Below, one piece after another: positions 58,901 to 64,000 of a stretch of 64,000 nt of DNA. Every line of letters starts with the position of its first letter. The first letter of the stretch is position 1. Origin of the DNA: Macrostomum lignano (lineage: Eukaryota); contig NIVC01000803.1 of assembly GCA_002269645.1 (NCBI GenBank), forward strand, positions 289,156 to 353,155. The letters are read 5' to 3'. Under the pieces are notes generated by a model that saw nothing but the letters and a program-made list of their open reading frames with translations, made no database searches and was not told the DNA's origin. The translations under genes and the position numbers were made by a program.

Positions 58901-61900
58901 GATTTAGAAAGGGTTTTGGGCTGATGAAGGAAACTGTTTTGGCTGATGAAAGTTCTGATTCATGGATGTTTATTTTTGCCGAAATGAGAAAAGGTAATTT
59001 TTGATTTATGGAAAACAACATTTTGGATACTTATAGTAAGGTTATTACTCTTGTGCCAAAATAAAAACCAATTGGTGTCATTTTCAAGGCTCCCAGCGGG
59101 GGCTAAATGGCTAGTCCTATATACTAAAAATGGTCTGTCTGTGTCTATCTATCTATCTATCTATCTATGTGATCGATTAGAGAAAAAATGGCTGGACCGA
59201 TTTTGTTCGAACTTGCACTGTTCGATCAGAAATTTTCCCGTGACGGTACATGCATCGTGGCTAAGAAATTGCTCGATGCTAAAGGCATTAAATATTCGAA
59301 AAACATGCTTTTTTGCAAAGGTCAAGCAAACTTTTTGACTTGAAAAATGCATTGTAAGAATGCTAGAGAAAAAAATGACTGGTTGAATTCTGACTCTGAA
59401 ATAGATTGCATCATAACTGAATTGTAACTCCGACTTGAATTGAAAATGCAGTGTGGAAGCGTAGCACCAGACTTGATTTAAATTGCGTAACCATATTGTT
59501 AACTGATACTGACTGACTGAGAAACTGATTATGTCATAACTGCTTCGTGTGATTTACTCTATGCTTGGATTTAAAAGTGTTGAGTTATATAAGTGCAAAA
59601 GTTGATGTTATCAAAACGATGAGAGCTAGCCTAAAGGTGAACAAATTGAACTGCTAAATGCAGTGACGATGGTTTGAATTTTCATAGAGTATAATTTTTT
59701 TAATTAAAGCTTTTCAACGTCAGGAAAACTAAAAGACTTTTTAAAAAGAAGCGTCATGTAAAAATCATAGAAGCGTCATTTAAACAATCATAGAAGCGTC
59801 ATGTAAAAATCATAGAAGCGTCATGTAAACAATCATAGAAGCGTCATGTAAAAATCATAGAAGCGTCATGTAAACAATCATAGAAGCGTCATGTAAACAA
59901 TCATAGAAGCGTCATGTAAACAATCATAGAAGCGTCATGTAAACAATCATAGAAGCGTCATGTAAACAATCATAGAAGCGTCATGTAAAAATCATAGAAG
60001 CGTCAAGAAAACAATCATAGAAGCGTCATGTAAAAATCATTGAAGCGTCATGTAAACAACCATAGAAGCGTCATATAAAACTCATAGAAGCGTCATGTAA
60101 AAAATCGTAGAAGCGTCATGTAAACAATCATAGAAGCGTCATGTAAACAATCATAGAAGCGTCATGTAAACAAGCATAGAAGCGTCATGTAAAAATCATA
60201 GAAGCGTCATGTAAAAATCATAGAAGCGTCAAGAAAAAATCATAGAAGCCTCATTTAAAACTAATGAAAGTGTCATTTAAAAAATTAAGAAGCGTCACGG
60301 TAGAATAAAAGAAACGTCATGTCAGACATGAAGGGTTCATGTAAAAATTAAATGCAACTATAATGCTGTGCTGGGGAGAAAAACTGAGACGTCAAGGCTC
60401 ACAGAGAATAACTGAGATTACGGGGGGGGGGTTTCTGAGATGTCAAAGCAAAAGTCAGAAGCTACTTCAAAGTTCATGTACTTTACTCCATTTTTTATTG
60501 CATTCTTTGTTGGCTCGTCACGGGGGGGCGCTGATAGAAGAAAAGTCATGTAAAAAATAAAAGTAGCACTATGTATACATAAAGAAAAGTCATGTCGAAG
60601 TTAAAAGATTCATTTGGGAATTGCTACGATGTCAAAGCTTGGTGGAAATCGTTATAGTGCTGTGATTCTTAAAGAAAGAATCACTAAAATGTCAAGGCTT
60701 AGGGGAGAAGAATTGCTGAGATTTCAAGGCTTTAGGTTGGGTTAAAGTTAGGTTTAGGTCAGGTGTGGGTTGAGGGTTATATTTTATCGGGTTTCAAGGT
60801 TAACAGGGGATTTTTTAGATTTCAAGGTTTATGGGGGCCATTGCTGACATGTCAAGGCTTACGGGGGGAATAGCTGAGATGTCAAGGCTCACGGGGTATA
60901 AATGAGATATCAAGGCTAAAGTCAGAAGCTACATGTAGTTTATTGAAAACTTTTTATTACATTATTTGATGCCTCCTCAGGGGAGGGATCGCTGATAAAA
61001 AAGCGTAATGTAAAAAATAAAAGAAGCTTCATGTCGAAGTTAAGAGATTCATTTGGGAATCCCTACGATGTTGAGGCTTGCAAGGAATCGCTATAATGCT
61101 GCAGGGGCGTAGCCAGGAATTTTGTTTGGGGGGGGGCCTTGAGTTAGGGGGCGCCAGCTTCTTATAGGGGGGGCGCCAGTTTCTTGTAGGGGGGCGCCAG
61201 TTTCTTTTAGGGGGGCGCCAGTTTCTTTTAGGGGGCGCCAGTTTCTTTTAGGGGGCGCCAGTTTATTTTAGGGCGGGCGCCAGTTTCTTATAGGGGGCGC
61301 CAGTTTCTTTTAGGAGGGGGGGCGCCAGTTTCTTTAAGGGGGGCGCCAGTTTCTTTTAGGGGGGGGCGCCAAGGCCAGAGTTGGTGATTATGGGGGGGGC
61401 CACGGCCCCCCTTGCCCCCCCTCTGGTTACGCCCCTGTAATGCTGTAGTAGTGCTATAATGACTCTTAGAGAGAATTACTGAAATTTCAATGCTTTAGGG
61501 TTAGGGTTAGGGTTAGGGTTAGGCTAGGGTTAGGGTTAGAAGGTTGACAGATATTTTTAGATTTCCAAGGCTTATTGGGGCATTGCTGAGATGTCAAGGG
61601 GGGAAGTTAATATGTTAAAGCTTGTGAGGGGGATAACTGACATGTCAAGGCTTACAAGGTTTGACAGGAGATTTTTTAAGATTTTAAGGATACATGTAGC
61701 TTATTAAAAAAAACTTGTATTGCATTTCTTTGGCTCCCCAACGGGGGGCGTAGATTGCTAGTTTGGGGCTAAATTGGAATCTCGGCTTGGCTCTGCTCGT
61801 GCAATTAACGGCTATAGGACCAACCCCCCCCCCAAGGCACAGTGAAGTGTACATGCCAAACGATAAAATAAAGTTAGGGCCACTGTACACTCCTGTGTGA

Positions 61901-62558
61901 GTGTGTGCCTGTGCGTATGACTGCGTACGTATAGTACGTACGTACGTAGCAAAGAATTTTGGTCGCTTTGAGATTTTTAAGCTTTTGAAAGTTTGAGCTT
62001 ATGAAACGTCCCTTTGTTACACCATTTGATCCTCTAAAAGATGAAGGCTGCTCCAACCCTGCCCCCCCCCCGCTCACAGCTTCGGCAACTACGGCTTCGG
62101 CACCGTGTCTGTGTCGGAGAACTCCACCAGCGGCTTGTTGAACGCCGCCTACGGCTCCGTGTTGTATGAACTGACCCCCGTGCGACTGGCTGGGGACACC
62201 GAGTCCCAGTACAGCTTCTTCCTCGCCATCCTGCGGCCAGGCGGCTTCCCGCTGCCACCGCCGGTGCTCGGTCCAATGCCAGTCACGTGACTCTCCAGCC
62301 AGGCAGCCTGAACCCCCAGCTGGGCCAGCCGCTGACTCCGCTGTTCCTGCGAATCTCCTCAGCTGGTCAGGGACAGCCGGTGGTGATCAACTCGCCGGCT
62401 TTCGAGGCCACGGCTCGATTGGAGAAGGGCCTGCAGCCGACAGCTGGCGGCGGCCGGTTCTGTGCCCGGTGGAGCCCAAGGCTGCGGGGGCGGTCACCGG
62501 GACTCTGCTGGCGACGGCGGCGGCTGCGGTGGCGGCGACAGCGGCATTCAGCGGCTGA
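49930..62558 (+). CDS. Secreted serine beta-lactamase/penicillin-binding-protein-fold protein (class C/peptidase S12-like; gigasin-6-like)
   Basis: Exons 49930-50285, 50835-51278, 51590-51846, 52251-52548 and 62080 onward join in frame with canonical sites. Signal peptide (GLIFGLLLQLLLLCSSCFG), SxxK (ASISKG), DLTSHTTGL, YxN (FIYNN), AAGGI and third motif HSG. As read, exon 5 stops at 62290; one or two frame changes would extend it to a hydrophobic tail ending at 62558. Confidence 0.85.
50363..50720. repeat. Intronic minisatellite, 31-bp unit (ACACATCTACCGATAGCCAAACTTATCTCAG), ~11 copies
   Basis: Direct repeats in intron 1 of the beta-lactamase-like gene. Confidence 0.95.
51885..52226. repeat. 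Intronic 10-bp (TTCAGATCCC-like) and 7-bp (TTCAGCT) degenerate repeats
   Basis: Read directly; they fill most of intron 3. Confidence 0.85.
52612..53301. repeat. Intronic minisatellite, 29-bp unit (CATCATGAGTTGACTCACAGGACTTGAAG), ~23 copies
   Basis: Direct repeats with two interspersed variant sites, starting ~60 bp after the exon-4 donor. Confidence 0.95.
53432..53500 (+). mobile_element. tRNA-like SINE head
   Basis: A box TAGCCCAGTGG and B-box-like GGCTCGATTCC; not a canonical cloverleaf; immediately followed by the Helitron-like 5' end. Confidence 0.55.
54405..54490 (+). mobile_element. tRNA-like SINE head with TAGG-repeat-expanded middle
   Basis: TAGCCGCAGTG A-box-like and GGTTCGAGTCC B box, followed by CCTACTCGG as in the 33770 SINE. 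Confidence 0.5.
55938..57180. repeat. Minisatellite, 39-bp unit (GGGGATATCTGAATTATACTGTGGCTCAAGGAGCTCATG), ~32 copies
   Basis: Highly homogeneous tandem array with occasional 1-bp G-run indels; source of the repetitive ORFs at 55920-57253. Confidence 0.97.
57840..58620. repeat. Degenerate 30-bp satellite (GAATTGCTGAGATGTCAAGGCTTACTGGGG)
   Basis: Periodicity visible as LLRCQGLLGE in ORF 58117-58440. Related decayed units occur at 55600-55930, 57180-57840 and 60360-61690. Confidence 0.85.
59750..60300. repeat. Minisatellite, 23-bp unit (AGAAGCGTCATGTAAACAATCAT), ~23 copies
   Basis: Direct repeats, decaying toward the right end. Confidence 0.93.
61102..61437 (+). mobile_element. hAT-type MITE, 336 bp, with internal ~20-bp repeats
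   Basis: TIR CAGGGGCGTAGCCAG / CTGGTTACGCCCCTG, perfect 8-bp TSD TAATGCTG (61094-101, 61438-45), internal GGGGGCGCCAGTTTCTTTTA repeats. Confidence 0.93.
61495..61539 (+). repeat. Interstitial (TTAGGG)n tract, ~7 units
   Basis: Read directly; lies inside the Helitron-like element. Confidence 0.85.
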
Positions 62559-62581
62559 AGAAGCTGCTGAAGAAGCTGGAG

Positions 62582-62860
62582 ATGAAGGATTAGAATCTGA
62601 TAGCGATGGATTGGAATCTGAGGGTGGTGGATTGGAATCTGAGGGTGATGGATTGGAATCTGAGGGTGATGGATGGAATCTGATGGTGGAAATCTGAGGG
62701 TGATGGATTGGAAGCTGAGGATAGATGGATTGGAATCTGATGCCGATGGATTGGAAGCTGAGGATAGATGGATTGGAATCTGATGCCGATGGATTGGAAG
62801 CTGAGGATAGATGGATTGGAATCTGATGCCGATGGATTGGAAGCTGAGGATAGATGGGTA
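62582..62860. repeat. 21-bp repeat (GATGGATTGGAATCTGAGGGT) grading into a ~43-bp dimeric unit
   Basis: Direct repeats starting just after the putative stop at 62558. Confidence 0.88.
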
Positions 62861-63583
62861 GAAGTATTGAAATCTGGCTTGAACCAGAACTTAGACATGT
62901 AAAGTTATGAAAGTTTTTATATTTATTCTGAAAATTCCGCTAGTGGCAAATCGCGACAATCTTTATAGGCTACTCATAGTACTCTGATGATACTTTTAGT
63001 CAGTAATTTTTTGAAGCATTACAAAAAACGTTTTACAATATCAGTAGGGTCAAAATGTTGATACAAGTTAATTTATCAGAGTTCTGTTATTATTTTAGCA
63101 GTCGTTTAGTGAATATTTTGCTATTCATAATTATAAAAATTATAAAAATCAACATTAACGCACCAATAAATTTATATTTATTCAAATCACATATTTGTTT
63201 AAGCGCAATAATTTTATACAGTGGCTTACAAGTCAAATACACTTCATTATGTTAATGCTGCCTCCGAAGCATGCTAAAGTTTCATTAATTAATTGGCTTG
63301 CTACCAGTATAAAAGTACAGAGAGCATTAAAAAGTTAAGCTTTCAATAATTTCGAAATTCGAAAATTACTAACAAGTGAAAATCAAAATAGTAGCAATAT
63401 GATTGCTTTAATAGTGTTTTAATAAAAGCAGTTGCTCCGAACAAAACTTCAACTTTGCAGGAGCTCGAAACTAAAAACCAAAAAACTTGTTCAAGTCATA
63501 AGTTAACAGCAAATATGTTGTCATAATGGTAAGATTGATAATCAGAAACCCAGAATTTTCCTTAATTTATAGGACTGAATCTT

Positions 63584-64000
63584 AGTAGCAATAGTTCCCG
63601 CTGTCCAGTGCATCAGAACACATATTAGCGATAGTTCCCGCTGTCCCAGTGCATCAGAACACATATTAGCAATAGTTCCCGCTGTCCCAGTGCATCAGAA
63701 CACATAGTAGCGATAGTTCCCGCTGTCCCAGTGCATCAGAACACATAGTAGCAATAGTTCCCGCTGTCCCAGTGCATCAGAACACATAGTAGCGATAGTT
63801 CCCGCTGTCCCAGTGCATCAGAACACATAGTGCGATAGTTCCCGCTGTCCCAGTGCATCAGAACACATAGTAGCGATAGTTCCGCTGTCCCAGTGCATCA
63901 GAACACATAGTAGCGATAGTTCCCGCTGTCCCAGTGCATCAGAACACATAGTAGCGATAGTTCCCGCTGTCCCAGTGCATCAGAACACATAGTAGCGATA
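63584..64000. repeat. Minisatellite, 41-bp unit (AGCGATAGTTCCCGCTGTCCCAGTGCATCAGAACACATAGT), >=10 copies, runs off the window
   Basis: Direct repeats. Confidence 0.95.

Larger units (their letters stand above)
53513..59114 (+). mobile_element. Non-autonomous Helitron-like element (composite, satellite-filled)
   Basis: Preceded by A. 5' end TCTAAATATACTAAA...TTTGTATGTTTG...AACGCTCT...GACCGATTTT (terminus duplicated, region repeated at ~53930). 3' end has hairpin GCTCCC-AGC-GGGGGC then CTAG at 59111-14. No Rep/helicase ORF. Internal continuity is inferred. Confidence 0.6.
59115..61761 (+). mobile_element. Second non-autonomous Helitron-like element, head-to-tail with the first
   Basis: 5' TCCTATATACTAAAA...GTCTGTCTG...(TCTA)n...GGCTGGACCGATTTTG. 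3' hairpin GCTCCCC-AAC-GGGGGGC then CTAG (61758-61) followed by T. Two partial 3'-end copies lie at ~60510-60535 and ~60970-61000. Confidence 0.68.

Noticed and set aside
61495-61539. True telomere or chromosome-fusion scar
   Set aside because: Only ~7 units, internal to an intron and a repeat element, with no head-to-head TTAGGG/CCCTAA junction.

Overview
This is eukaryotic (metazoan-type, GT-AG introns) genomic DNA, dense in repeats and transposons. The intronic minisatellites and Ala/Gln-rich GC-rich exons resemble a flatworm such as Macrostomum, but the organism cannot be proven from the sequence. Host genes: a clear 3-exon ABCF2 (minus, 16533-20751); a 5-exon secreted serine beta-lactamase/PBP-fold gene (plus, 49930 to ~62558); and three uncharacterised spliced genes, namely a ~164-aa minus-strand gene at 1861-3569, a ~790-aa putative membrane-anchored gene at 30071-33178, and a 112-aa basic protein with a triplicated motif at 46674-47868. 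Mobile DNA: an APE-RT-RNaseH LINE inserted with a 9-bp TSD inside a tRNA/CORE-like SINE; a second SINE with a 2.2-kb LTR-like insert in its tail; a fold-back mariner derivative; several hAT-type MITEs; a 5.3-kb element with 236-bp TIRs and ATT TSD; and two head-to-tail Helitron-like elements. About a dozen distinct minisatellites are present. The most unusual features are ABCF2 intron 1, built almost entirely from 10 copies of its own exon end plus splice donor, and the repeated use of tRNA-derived SINEs as insertion sites. All calls are by-eye alignment and translation; no database searches were run.
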